Positions 36,628 through 49,374 of a stretch of DNA of 64,000 nucleotides are shown here, piece after piece. A program made the position numbers and the translations under genes. Within the stretch, counting starts at the first letter, position 1. Every line of letters starts with the position of its first letter. The DNA lies in contig NC_045697.1 in NCBI RefSeq assembly GCF_009834535.1, forward strand, positions 68,512,001-68,576,000, read 5' to 3'. Below the pieces are notes generated by a model. The model made no database searches. It worked only from the letters and a program-made list of their open reading frames with translations, and had not been told where the DNA came from. This stretch comes from Camelus ferus (lineage: Eukaryota).

Positions 36628-38569
36628 TACATAATAAAACAAAAGAAAAACAGTTTTCATTCCTTGAAAGACTATTGGTGAGGGTATGTATGGAGAAATA
36701 TAAACTTTGATGATAAATTTTATATATACATATAGGTATGTTATACAGGTGTGTATTCTTACAAATAGCTTTTATACAGACACATACCTATGTATCATGT
36801 AAGTATTGTGTATGTATCATGTGCATATCACATGTATATGTAGGTATATAAACATAAAATTTTAAATCAAAGTGTATTTTTCATACACATCTTTACCAAT
36901 AACCTTTGCCAAAAAATCCCCATGAAATTGTGTTTCTTTTACTATTAGTGATATTATGAATCTTTTCATAGCGTTTATTAGCAATTTGTTCTTTCTTTCC
37001 CAAGGATATTTGATCCTGTGTTTACTTCTGCTCTGGGAGACTGCTGTTTCTACATTTGTGGTTGAAGTTGGGTAACTATGCTTCTAGGCTACTCATTGCT
37101 CTCAAAAGGAAAGTACTTGTTCCCTACAATTCATCTATAGTTAAAATAAAAGTGCCTGAGAGTAGGCCTCTGTGGGAAGAACACCTGCCTGGAATGCAGG
37201 AAAATAGATGCATAAGCCCCCACGTGTGATGTGCCGGCCTCTATTTGTAATGCAAAGTTTGTTAATAAGAGCCAGCTGTCTCTTACAGAGCCAGAGAGTT
37301 CCCGCTCAGAGCATGTTTACTAAAAGGCCCTCTCAAGATGACAACCAACTGGGCAAGTGTCCTCAAGCTGTTTTTAGATGAAAGAAAAGAAGGTAAGTGG
37401 GGTTAAATATAACATTTTATAGAACTCCTGCTGAACAACTTCAGAAAGCTTTCCAATAAATTTAAGGTGGTACTCAATAAAGGAAAACTTAATTCTACTT
37501 AGAAATTGCTTTCAAGACCCTTAAGAGCCTTCATTTTTCCCTTCATTTGGACCATTTCATCAAAGCAAGTTCTAATCAGTTTTAATCTAGTGATGATGCA
37601 GATCTCTTTACTTGTTCAAAATATGTATCAATTACCTGTTTTTCAGTCTTATGCAGGAGTGTTTAAAGATCATTTTTCCTGGATATAAAAATGAATGTCT
37701 TGAATTTTTCAAAGTAAAATGTTACTCTTACCCAATGTGTGTGTGTGTTAAAAGGCTTTAAACAAAGGATAACATACATTTTATCTGGAAAGACACAGGA
37801 GGCCAGTAAGAAATGCTGTTTTTCATAGAATGAAAATTGTGGAAGAGAAATTAAGCAAATTGTTTAATGTATGGATTGTAATTTGGAATATCCTGAGAAA
37901 CTGGACCTAGATAGAAGAGATCCTTTAGAAGGAATTGATATGGTAAACCGTGTCAGCTGAAGCAGCATTTTACTTATTAGGAAATCACAGATTCTGAGCA
38001 GTCTAAACTATTAATTTTCAACTTATAGAAACTTTGCAGAATTCTATGGATATACTAAGTTATTGCACAAATTTGAATGAGATCCAAATGCAAATCAAAA
38101 TGTAGTATAACAGAGTTGTTGCTTTACATTTAAAGACTTCTTAAAAATTAGTAACGAAAAAAATGATGGTCCAAAGGAAAATACAGTGAGTAAAAAAAAA
38201 TAAAAAGTATGGAATACATTTTATAAAATACCAGTTGCCAGGACATGAAGTTTTGAAATTTTCCTTTTCAGTATGAAAGGTTGAATGATATATTGTTGAG
38301 ATCACTAGCTCATAAGTGAGAAAGATGTAGGCTCTAGCTTTGTGACCTAAACCAAGATACTTATGGCATTTCTTTATTTATAAAAGAAAGGTAGTATTAG
38401 TTCTTACCTCAGAGTGTTCTGTGCTTTTTTTTTAAAGGAGTGCTAATAATGAGATATTTTTCATTCATTATTTAGCCAAAGAATTAAGTGATGCTATTCA
38501 ATGTTTGCATGATTTTGAGAAATGAACACACCATATTACATGTAGAAGTCCAAACTGAATCATCCTGCC

Positions 38570-39000
38570 ATACTAGAAGGCAAGTTGGCAACATGAATCA
38601 ATATGGGAAGTAATCCCATTTGTAGAATCCATAATAAGGAAATAAGAAAAGAATGAAAAGTGTATTTGCAAGGTTGTTTGCTAAAAAAATTCCTTATAGC
38701 AGCAAAAAAGAATTCTAAGACTATAAAATTCAGGGATATAACCCATTGTACATGTACATAATGGACTATAACACACCCAATAAAAATAGATGGTGGATTG
38801 ATTTAATTACATGGAAAGATGTTTGTGCTGTATTGTTCAATGAAAAAAAGATTAAAACAATTCACATAGAATAGTCCCATTTTTAAAAGGTTTAAGATAC
38901 ATACTTTTTTAAAGTTTAGAATATATGTGAAAAATCTTGTCAGTTATTTCTAGATAGTGAGATTTGAGTTGTATTTTACTACTTTTTCTAATTGTTCACT
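38570..39000 (+). mobile_element. L1ME-like 3' fragment
   Basis: GTACATGTACATAATGGACTATAACACACC...ACATGGAAAGATGTTTGTGCTGTATTGTTCAATGAAAAAA motifs. Confidence 0.55.
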
Positions 39001-42000
39001 AATCAATGTATTTTGTTTATATACTTTTTGAACTGTGTACTATATATTACAATAATGACATATATGATACATACTATATATTACAATAACAACACGCTTT
39101 GCTATGTAAAGCAGTACATGTAAATACCTGTTTACATAGATTATATAATTCTATGACAATAGCAGTTAAATTAAACCTATTGAACTGCTATTTCTTAGTA
39201 ATTTCTTGAGGTCTATTTGCCCTGTCCTTAGTAAGGTAAGCTAATTACAAAGATGGAGGAAATTTTTAAAAAATCTGACCTTCTCTCCTAGCTCAACCTT
39301 TCCCCTTGTGAGAAACATCTGAGCATTTCTCGTGTTTTAAAAATGTTGGAAAACACACTGGTCAGGTTGCAAAGAATAAAAGTTTACCTTGATAATTTTG
39401 CTAAGGTTTCCTAACTCTCTTTTACTTAAAAGCATAGAAATCAATGCTAGGTCACGCTTCCATTTATTGATCCAAGAAATGTTTATGGAATATGTACTGT
39501 GTGCCAGGTACAGACATGGAGTTGAAGCCTGAGTGTAAATGATGCCTGGATGCATCAGTTGGTATCTAAAACAAGAGTGATGCTAATGATTAAGGGAACC
39601 TGGTCATGAAAGAAAGAAATGGTATTTGCATTATTTTCCTCCCAATCACTAAGATACAGGAAGCAACTCAAAAAAAAAAAATTTATTCAAGGATTGATAG
39701 TCCGCTGAGCTTATTTAACAGTATTATTTTAAAATTTTCTGTTGACCTTTATTTCCAACTGACAAACTTTTGACTACCAGATTTTATTTGAATATTATTT
39801 AAAAAGTTACAATGATAGCATTCCCATTACTCATACACAGAGAGTGGAGAGAAACAGGGAAAGGATGAAACTATCATAGTATTTGGTAAGTCCCAGGTGA
39901 GATACTGTACATATATCAAAATCCCTTTCTAAGGGATGTTATGTATAACTTCAATATACAAGAAAAACCATCTTACCTAATCATGACTGGCTGAGCTAGA
40001 ATTTGTGAATTCAGTACAATGACTTTTCTTAGTGAATTTGTTGCTTTCTTTATAAAATGCAGATTGTGAAGAGAAATGAACAACCACAGGAGGCTCAATT
40101 CAAGTTTGTTGAGTCAATTTATTTAAATTCAACAAATGTTTATTGAACACCCACTGGGTGTCAAATCTTGGTGCTGGAGTAATTGATTCATAATAGTTTG
40201 GATGGTCTTCAATTAAGAGAGTTTGCAATATTTTCTTTGCTGTCAGTGTGGTTGGGTGGGGTTCTGAGATAATTAACATATAAAAATCTTATGAATTCCT
40301 AGAGGAATGATACAGAAAGATAAACAAATGTTATTCTCTGAACTCATAACTATCATTTCTTTTGTGACAACCTATTTGTCAGAAAATTGTGCCTTAAAAA
40401 CAAATATGGAAAACTCGTAGTTTATAACAAATGCAGATGAAAATCAAATTTGCAAATTATTTTGAGACTTTACAAAAATCTTGACAAATCAACATCTGCT
40501 CCAAGAAAGTTAGTCAGACATGCTAATAAATAAAGATGAAATTATGCATAAAATCATGAGGCTAAATGAGACTTTAGGATGTATCTTTATTTTTTGTCCT
40601 CTCAGAAAAACTATATCAAATTCTTCACAGAAGATTTGTTTATTCTATTCATGCAAACTTCCAAAAGAAGAGATTTTTTTTTTCAAAGCTCTGATGGGAG
40701 ATTCATTTTTTCACTAAAGTAATATTTGTTGAATTCTATGGCAAGCCACTTAATATCTCCTCATATGGTCAAAACCTATTAAATTTACCATTTACTTACC
40801 AATTTATTTTTTTATTATTATTATTGAATTATCACTTCTCACAGATTATTCTACAATGTTTCACACCCTTGTGCCTCTCTTCAGTACCCTTTTAAATCTA
40901 CTTTTAAAATTCTCCTATAGTTCTTTTAATATGAACAAGGTCTAAGCACCTAGAATTCAACCAGTGTATATGGTCATAGTAGCTCAACTCTTACAATAGC
41001 AGAAGCACAAAAAACAGGAATCCAGGTTTGCAATTTTATGTCCAGTTTTGTCACACCAATGGTTTATCTGAATTCTAGATACTGTGGAAGGAAACTACTA
41101 ACATAGGATGCTTGGGTAGTTCAGATCTGGCACGTAAGGTTGCACTCGGGTTAAGCGAGGTGCCCATGGGTAAAAAGGAAGAAAAGTAATTCCAATAGAA
41201 AAGTCTCTGAGAAAGCCATTGACAACTTCGCCTGTTCATTTGCTTCCCATGACGCCCTTTGTTTTAGAAAACAGGTCTTCTCTCAGCGCTGGGCAAATCC
41301 CAAATCCACCCCAACGAAAATTGTATACATTTGGTTTTCACTAAGAAGGGCCTATGGAGATAGGGCTCCCTTCTGGGACCTCAAATACTCAAATTCTGAT
41401 ACTCAAACACTCTCTACCCTCCCACTCCCCACCCCCTGCCAAAGTCCCAGAAAAGGGATTTTGACTGCCATAAATAGGCATAGCTTGGCAGCAGCTCCAG
41501 AAGTAACCACATGATAACACATTTACTCCAGAAGAAAGGGATTTATGCATTTTAGTGGCACAAGTAAATGTCTGGCATCTCTTTATGTACAAAGACGGAG
41601 GAAAGCCGTGATAGGGACGAGGTTCATTAGCATAGGAATGTTTCTGCCTTCTGGCTTACCTTAATCCTTTCCTTTCTAAGGCAATGATAGAATTTACTGT
41701 ATATTTTATAAATAAAGAAATGGGATATTGGGAGAGGGTGGAGGCAAGAGTGAAGGATTTGATTTCAGGGGCTAAATCTATCAATGCAATAAAAAGCTGG
41801 GAGTGAAGGGAGAAATTGAGAAAAAGAAAACTTGGGATGGAAAGAATGGTGGGTGAGGTGTGAGAGACTCCAAACGACTCGTGGAGAATGAATGGGCTAT
41901 TTGAGATGTGTCGCCCTGGGCTCTTCAGGACACATGAGTAAAGAATGAAGTTCTTTTTACCTACATGAGTTGTTGTCCAGTGCTTCTCTAAATGTGCCTG

Positions 42001-42559
42001 TGCAGAAGCAGAACCCCAGTGCCCCAGGGTTTATGGGCTGTAATGTAGTACTCAGTCTATCTGTATTTCTCCCTCTCTAAATTTTAAACTTTTTAAGGGC
42101 AGTTCTGTTTTACTTATCTTTGATTTCTGGCCAGCAATGAATAGATTGTGTGATTACTTCAACATGTTGGATGCTACATTGACATTTCCAAATGCAAACC
42201 TTTTATTACAATATTTTAATAATAATTTTCTCTTGAAAGCATTAATATATTTGTGTTACCTTAAATATATAAATCAATGTATAAACATATACAGATATAG
42301 ACATAGGCATAGATATATTCAACATATGTCTTAAAGGTATATATGTTGAAGGTACAGTCAGAATATTAGACTTTATTCTTAAGAAACATTACAAAGTTGT
42401 GATGATTTTGTGCTTGTAAAATCATATCTTCTACCTCTGAAGTTATACTATTTGGCAGTTACTATTTGAATAAAGGTATAATGTACATACTCTAATATTG
42501 AGGTTCTGAAACATTTTAAAATACCTTTTAAGTTTTATTACATTCTAAGTCTAGAATAT

Positions 42560-42955
42560 CACCTAAGAAAATAATGTTTAATTCAGAAAATAAATTTATG
42601 TGCAAAGATATTCATTGAGCATTGTTTCTTGATATTGAGAAATTGGAAATATCCAAAATATCCTAAAAAGAGAATAATAGTTTAGTTAAATCTGGTATAA
42701 TTTTAAACCAAAATAGCTAGAAAATGTTTTGTTATGATGTTGCTGAAGAAGGCAAGATTAAACGAATATAAGTGTATATAAAACAATCTTAGCTAACTTT
42801 AAAGTATAGATAGGAAATGATTAGAAAGTTAATGCAGTTGAATGTTAATGGTTTTTTAGTGTTCGTTAAACTGGGTTATTTTTTCTTTACTTTTACATTT
42901 CTATATTACCTATATTTCTATAATTATATAACTTTTGAAATTAAAAATAACTAAA
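42560..42955 (+). mobile_element. L1ME-like 3' fragment
   Basis: TGTGCAAAGATATTCATTGAGCATTGTTT...AAATTGGAAATATCCAAAATATCC motifs. Confidence 0.55.
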
Positions 42956-43479
42956 AATCTTATTATTAAGGAGTAATTACAACACTACTTCAATTCTATT
43001 AGTAAAATTTCTTTTTCATATTTCTTATATGCCTAATAAGTTAACCTGCATAACTATCATTCAGTCAACATATTCTGAGCACATTCTGTGTATGAGACAG
43101 TGTTTTAGATGCTGAGGGCACAAAGTGCCAGGCTTTGAATTAGTAATCTCTCCTGTGTTACTTCTTGAAATAACAAAAAATGACAAGATAATTATATGTA
43201 TTATGGGAATTTAAAAAATGTAGTGTACTATCTTTTTGCATATGTTGGGTATTAAAAATACATGTAACATTCACAGTAAAATATCAAAAAAAATATTAGC
43301 TACAATTAAGTTCCAAATGACATTTTAGAAGTAAGCCAGCCTAAAAGTAAGTAATAAAAATCATCCTTACGCTAAACCTTCCCCATCAAGAGAGAATCAA
43401 ACTAAAAGACACAAAGAATTTAAGAAACAAAAAGTCAACAAACCAAAATCAACCTTAGAGTTTAGTATCTTCTACTTCT

Positions 43480-44575
43480 TGTACAGTCTATACTCACTCC
43501 TTAGGTGATTTCATCCAGTTCAGTGGATTAAATTCCATCTTTAGGTTCATGTCTCCAGATCTTATATATCTGGTTTAGATCACCCCCTGGAATTTCAGAC
43601 ATCCATCCAACAAGCTCTTTATTCTCTTCACTTGGATATCTAATTGGCACCTCAAACCTAACATGTTCAAAACTGGCATCCTGAGAGATTCCCCCAGAAC
43701 TGTTCTTTTCACAGCTTTTAGTTCTGTGTTCTCAGAGACTTAGGTCAAAATCTTGATGGTCTCCCTTATCTTCTTTTTTTATTCATTCACACTCCTGTCT
43801 GATCTGTCAGCAAATCCTGTTGGCTCTACCTTCACAATATTTCCAGAATCTGGACAATTCTCTCTACCTCCACTACTACCACCCATCTCTTACCTGAGTC
43901 ATGATCTCTCTGTTTCTGTCCTTAGACTCTTCTCATTCTCTTCTCCAAACAGATACCAGAGTGATGGTGTCAAAATCTAAGACAATGCCTCATCACTGTT
44001 CAAAACCCTCCACTGGTTTCCCCTCTCACTCAGAGTAAAAGCCGAATCCTCACAAGGCCCTGGAAGGCTCCCTGGGATTTGCCTCTCTCCCATCGCCTCT
44101 TTGACTTCCTCTCCTGTTCACCTCATGCTGGTTCACTCTACTCTGTCACACTGTTCTACTTGTTATTCCTTAAACAACAAGTGCTCACTTCAGGGCATTG
44201 GCACTGTGCCTGGCTTCTTTCTTTTAATAGCTACAGGGCTCACCCCCAATCTCCCTTTTGATCTCCCCTCAAATGCCCCCTTCTCAAGGAGAACTTCTCT
44301 GGCCACCCTGGCCAAAATTGCAACCCCCACCTCTCGCACTGATTTTTCCTTACTCCTCTCCTTGCTTTGTTTTTTTCACTAGCATTTTTATTTAATTATT
44401 TTAATATCTTATACCCTTCCTTCCCCAAAATCCTCTGCCTCCCCAATATCCTCTGCCCTCATGAAGGCAGATATTTTTGTCTGTCTTGTTCATTGCCACA
44501 TCTCCAGTGCCTAACAGAGATGCTTGGCAATAGCTGATACACAACAAATATTTCTTAAATTAATTAATGAATGAC
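43480..44575 (+). mobile_element. L2 3' portion
   Basis: CACTTGGATATCTAATTGGCACCTCAAACCTAACATGTTCAAAACTG, TCAAAACCCTCCACTGGTTTCCC, ATGAAGGCAGATATTTTTGTCTGTCTTGTTCATTGC, tail AATGAATGA. Confidence 0.9.
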
Positions 44576-46639
44576 CCATGGGATGATGGTGGTAACTTGG
44601 GTAGAAACCTGAGTAGAGTCAAAAGAGGGACTGAAGGAACATGCTTGTTTAAGAATTGGGGAATATAGCTAAGTTATTTTTCCCATCAAATGGATTAATA
44701 GATGGTGAAAATAAATCAATAATGGCCAGTTTGGGTTATTTCACATTCTCTACCAACCAGCCTCACTGTGAAAATTGGCTCATATCTTCTGAGATCGAAT
44801 TGCTTTGGATTGGTCAGTTTCTGACAGTCTTGCCACAACCAAGTTGTTCTCCCAGCTCCTGCTCCCAGATGATACTGAGTTAGACATGGGGCTCTTCAAC
44901 AATATCTGGACACGGGGGGACATTTTTCAATGTCTTTGAATTTACACAATCAAGAGTAAATTTCTGAAGAGTATAAACACAATTATTGGCAACATCTACA
45001 TTTGCAGGACTTTGAGCTGGAAACAATTTGGAAAAGATATAGTATATTCAGTGTTGAGGGATCTAACATTTTCAGTAATTGGCTGAAGATGGAAGCATAG
45101 TAAGAAATTTTGATTTAGAAGTTACACTTAGTTTTATATTTCAATAAGAATGATAGGTTTTTTTTTTACTATGTTTTATAAAAATCAACTGTTAGATGCA
45201 GTAAGCTCAAGCAAACATAAATATGATCTCTTTTTTCTATCTCAGGCTCAAGTGACAATGATTCAGAAGTGCCATATTCAGAATATAATTCACAGATAAT
45301 TATGTTCCATATTTGTAGGGAATCTAGTACATAAATTCTTAAATGGAGCAGTTTAACCAACTTTAAAAGAATGGACAGCTGAATGGAATTGTGATAATAT
45401 AATGTAGAAGCATAAAAATTGAAAGAGTATAGTCGCCTTGTAAATTTGCTCCATTTCATATTTATGTTCTCTCCTCTATTTATTGTATCATATATCAAAT
45501 GATTCAGCTTCCTTGGAAACCCATTTTTATAAGAATAGTCCTAGTGATACAGCCATGGTAAATCTGGAGTAAGAACTTAAAGATACATGACCTCCTATAT
45601 ACTCCAGATGGCCTTGTATGATTTCTTCAATCGTTTTGAAATGCAAAGAAGCTCTATGGACATCAGTCAAATGGTGACATTTAAATGTTCACTAACCTAA
45701 GATTTTCTTGGATGAGGAAGGCGTCTGGATAAATGTGCACATTTGGAAAGCAATGGAGTCCCAGCATCTGCCACACAGCTCTGTAAAATAGCCAGAATGA
45801 GTCATGAACGATCTGATGAGCTCCCACACAAAAGCAAATCATGTTGCACCTTGAGTCAATTCTTCATCTTGAGTGTCAAATTAAAGTGGTTAATATATCC
45901 ATTGGTCTTAGCAATGGCTTGATAACTGTTGATAAGACTGGATCATTTAAATTGCCACTGAATTTCCCCCTTCAGTTACTTTGCCATGATGAGTAAAAGG
46001 CTCCCTACATTTTGTAAGGTGTCTAAGGCTATGTTTCATGATGAGATGTATGAAGCATTTAATATTACGTTACTAAAAATATATTTTCATTCAGTTCTTA
46101 TATATAATTTTAAGATATATATAAAATATATTGTTTTATTCTTCTGCCTGTTGCTAATAACCACTTTGTACTTTGAGTAACCATTACAGAATATTTATAT
46201 TTATCCTTCTATTACATATTTTTGGTCTTCCTTAATCTCATTCAAGCATATTCTTTAATTATAGAAATAAAAATGATTATTAGCTTATTTCACAGAGAAA
46301 GTTTTTTTTTCCTTTATCTGTAAAAATAATTCAGATTGTAAAATGTTTATAACTTACAAAACAGTTGTTTTACAAAGCAGCCATATGCCAGGAAATTGTT
46401 AAAGCCAAAGCACATCTTTGCATGGCACTAATTTTACTCAAAGGTGAGTATAAAACAAAATTTTATTACACCTAATGCAATATATTAAAGAATAGAACTA
46501 AAAAGTCATATGTATTTTTTATTTAAAAACTGGGAAATCAAGGAAATTTTGTGTTTGGGTAGCTGGTTCAGACTTAGCCCAAGAGTGCCAGGGTTACATA
46601 TCCATACCCTAAAACCTTGAGACTTACATAGAAACTATG

Positions 46640-46850
46640 AGACACACCAAATGCATTATTTAGGTTTTTAAAAAATCACTCTAACAACTGTTAGGTAGGT
46701 AGGGCAGACGTTTAACAATCTCATTTTACAGAAAAGGAAGCCAAGGCTAAAAAGAATTCCATGATTTGCCAAAATGATTAACTAATTATTAAGTTTTGAG
46801 ACAGGGTCCCAGGTCTTTAAAGTCTGAATCTCTTTCCTGAATTTCGTGCT
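46640..46850 (-). mobile_element. MIR SINE
   Basis: CTCATTTTACAGAAAAGGAAGCCAAGGCT...ATGATTTGCCAAAAT antisense core. Confidence 0.7.
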
Positions 46851-47919
46851 CATTTTAATAATAGTGATGAAGGATAAAACAATACAAAGAAAAAAGTAAA
46901 AACATGGACAAGAATAGACCAAACCCATCAAATCAGAAATTAACTTTCCTCCCTGATTCAAATATATACTTTCTCTGATTTGTAAAAATTCTATTTAAAA
47001 AATTTCTTAGTACAGAACTTTTAACATGGCTCATTCATCAAAATTATCTAGTATGGCTCACCCACAAGAAGTATGTATTTATCTATCTGCCTACCTACCT
47101 ATCTAGTTATCTATATGTCTACGATTAGTGAAGTACAGAAATAAAAAGCTGAAAGGAAATATTTCCAGATCACAACAATGTTTACAATAAAATTGTTCTC
47201 TGCAAGACAGCCACAGCCTGGTGTGATCTGTATTGGATGCTATAATATGAACGAAATGCAGTATATTAGCCAAGGGATCTCAGCAGCTTATGCTGCTGTT
47301 AATTGACAAAAATAAATTCAGCTGGTACATGAACTCATACCATGAACCATGTTTTATAGTCCAACAATTTATGTGAAACTGAATGGGGCCCACATGGCAT
47401 AACAAAACAATGGTGGTTAGAAAAATTGCCTCTTCCACCTCCACTTGATTTGTAATATTGAAGTGCTCCCGCGGATTCATACTTCATGCAGAGTCACTCC
47501 TTAAATGGAGATCAATGAAGAAGCAAAAAGAAAAAAATTGTTGAAGAGTTCAATCATTTTATAATGTCTTCTAAATAAATAAATGGCAATCTAGTTCAAT
47601 CCAGTTTTAAAGAAGGAATTATTTAAAATGTAAGCTTTATGTTTGATATTTCTTATAATAGAAATTTGTGAAATTGAAATTTTTAAAATCTGGTGTCATG
47701 GGTTAATAAAGAATAATTTTAAATGAAATGTGTATTCAGTAAAATCTCTTTACAAGGCATATTTTGTGTCTATTTGACAGACTGGTTTATGCTGCAGATA
47801 CCATGTAAAACAGACACTATTTTTGTCCAGATACTAACTTTGACTCTTGCCTGAGGATCAGAAGGATTTTTTTTAAATAAAAATGAAAAATGTGTAAAAT
47901 AAATGATGTGTTTTCTCAC

Positions 47920-48125
47920 TGTACTAAATATATTACATGTATTCTGTTATTTAATTCTCACAGAAAAACTATTAGGTAAGTAATTTTATCTGCATTTTTC
48001 TATAGGAGTAAGTGGAGGTTTACAGCAATTAAGCAACTAGTTCCAAATCACACATTAGAACTGGTATTTGATTCCAGGTTCTTGTAAATACTCCAAAGTC
48101 AGCGCTTTTAAGCAATGCTTACCAT
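47920..48125 (-). mobile_element. MIR SINE
   Basis: ATTTAATTCTCACAG...TTTTATCTGCATTTTTCTATAGGAGTAAGTGGAGG...ATTTGATTCCAGGT...CTCCAAAGTC. Confidence 0.65.
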
Positions 48126-48241
48126 GTTTGCCTTTAAATGAGTATAGGAATTTATTTTATCTTTAATCAACCCAAATCTGATTATTTTTTAATTTTCTGA
48201 GTGTGGAAAAACAATATAAAATCATGAAATTTGTAACTGAG

Positions 48242-48797
48242 TGTGACAGACAGACCCAAGGTGACCCCAGTGGTCTCTGCTGTCTGGCATTCATGTCCTT
48301 GCATAATCCCCTCCCCTTGACTGTGGATGGGACCTGTGACCTGTTTCTACTAATAGAATATGGAAAAGGTGATGGGATGGTGCTCCTATGATTATATACA
48401 TTGTATAAGTCTTGCTAGCCAAATTGCTTCACAGCTTCTCCTTGCTGGCTTGATGGAGTAAACAGCTATTCTGAGAAAGCCCATACAGCAAGGTGGTCGG
48501 TAGGACCTGAGGGCAGCCTCAGATGAGAGCCAACAGCCGGTAAAAAATCAGGGCCTTTTGTCTTACAGCCACGAGGAATTCTGCCTGGATTTGCTTAAAA
48601 GGAGATAATATTCCCAGCTGAGCCAGTTGAAAGCACAGTTCAGACAGCACGTTGATTGCAGCCCTGATTTATCCTGAGCAGAGGACACAGTCCTGTGCCA
48701 GGTCTTCTGACCTATAGAGACTTGAGGTAATAAATATGTTGTGTTAACCACTAAGTTTATGGTAATATTTTTTTATGGAGCAATATAAAACTAATGC
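48242..48797 (+). mobile_element. MaLR solo LTR (MLT1E/F-like)
   Basis: TGTGACAGACAGACCCAAGGTGACCCCAGTG...CCCCTCCCCTTGACTGTGGATGGGACCTGTGAC...GGTAATAAATATGTTGTGTTAACCACTAAGTTTATGGTAAT. Confidence 0.88.
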
Positions 48798-49374
48798 TCT
48801 GGATGAGAAGCTGGATTGGCAGGAGTATTTCAGAAAGGAAAATGACATCTCTGTTTTAATTCACTTGCATCTGAACCATATCTGTGTGCATTTTCCACCT
48901 TACTCCAGACTTCTGGAGTTACCTCAGTGATCTTGACCTTGAGGCTTCAAGCAAATCCCAAAATGAATAGTGCTCAGAGTACCATCATGCCAAGAGGACA
49001 GAAGTTTCACCTTCTCTCAAGTTCAAGTATTTTTATTCTGCAAGTGAGAAATCATCCTCCTGAGTCATTATTATTCAACATCAAATATGTAATATTTGAG
49101 TTGAGATTTTGCTAAAGCACAAGGAGGAAAAAAGACAGTATTCTTTTATTTTTCTTATTGTCCCTTGATTTTCTTGGGTGCCCTTTAAAAAAGTCAAGAC
49201 ATACCCAGGGAAAAATGAACTTCAGAAACTTTGGAGTTATGTTGCTTAATTTCAATGACTACTAAATGTCAGGAAACCATCCAAAGGGAAAGATGATGTT
49301 GATGTTAAATTCTGAATAGTGTTTGGAAAAAGTTTAGATGTATTTATAAAGTGTTCCCTGATTTATTATTTACA

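Noticed and set aside
37309..37360. p53 response element (GAGCATGTTT ... GGGCAAGTGT)
   Set aside because: Only one consensus half-site; the second is imperfect and about 30 bp away.
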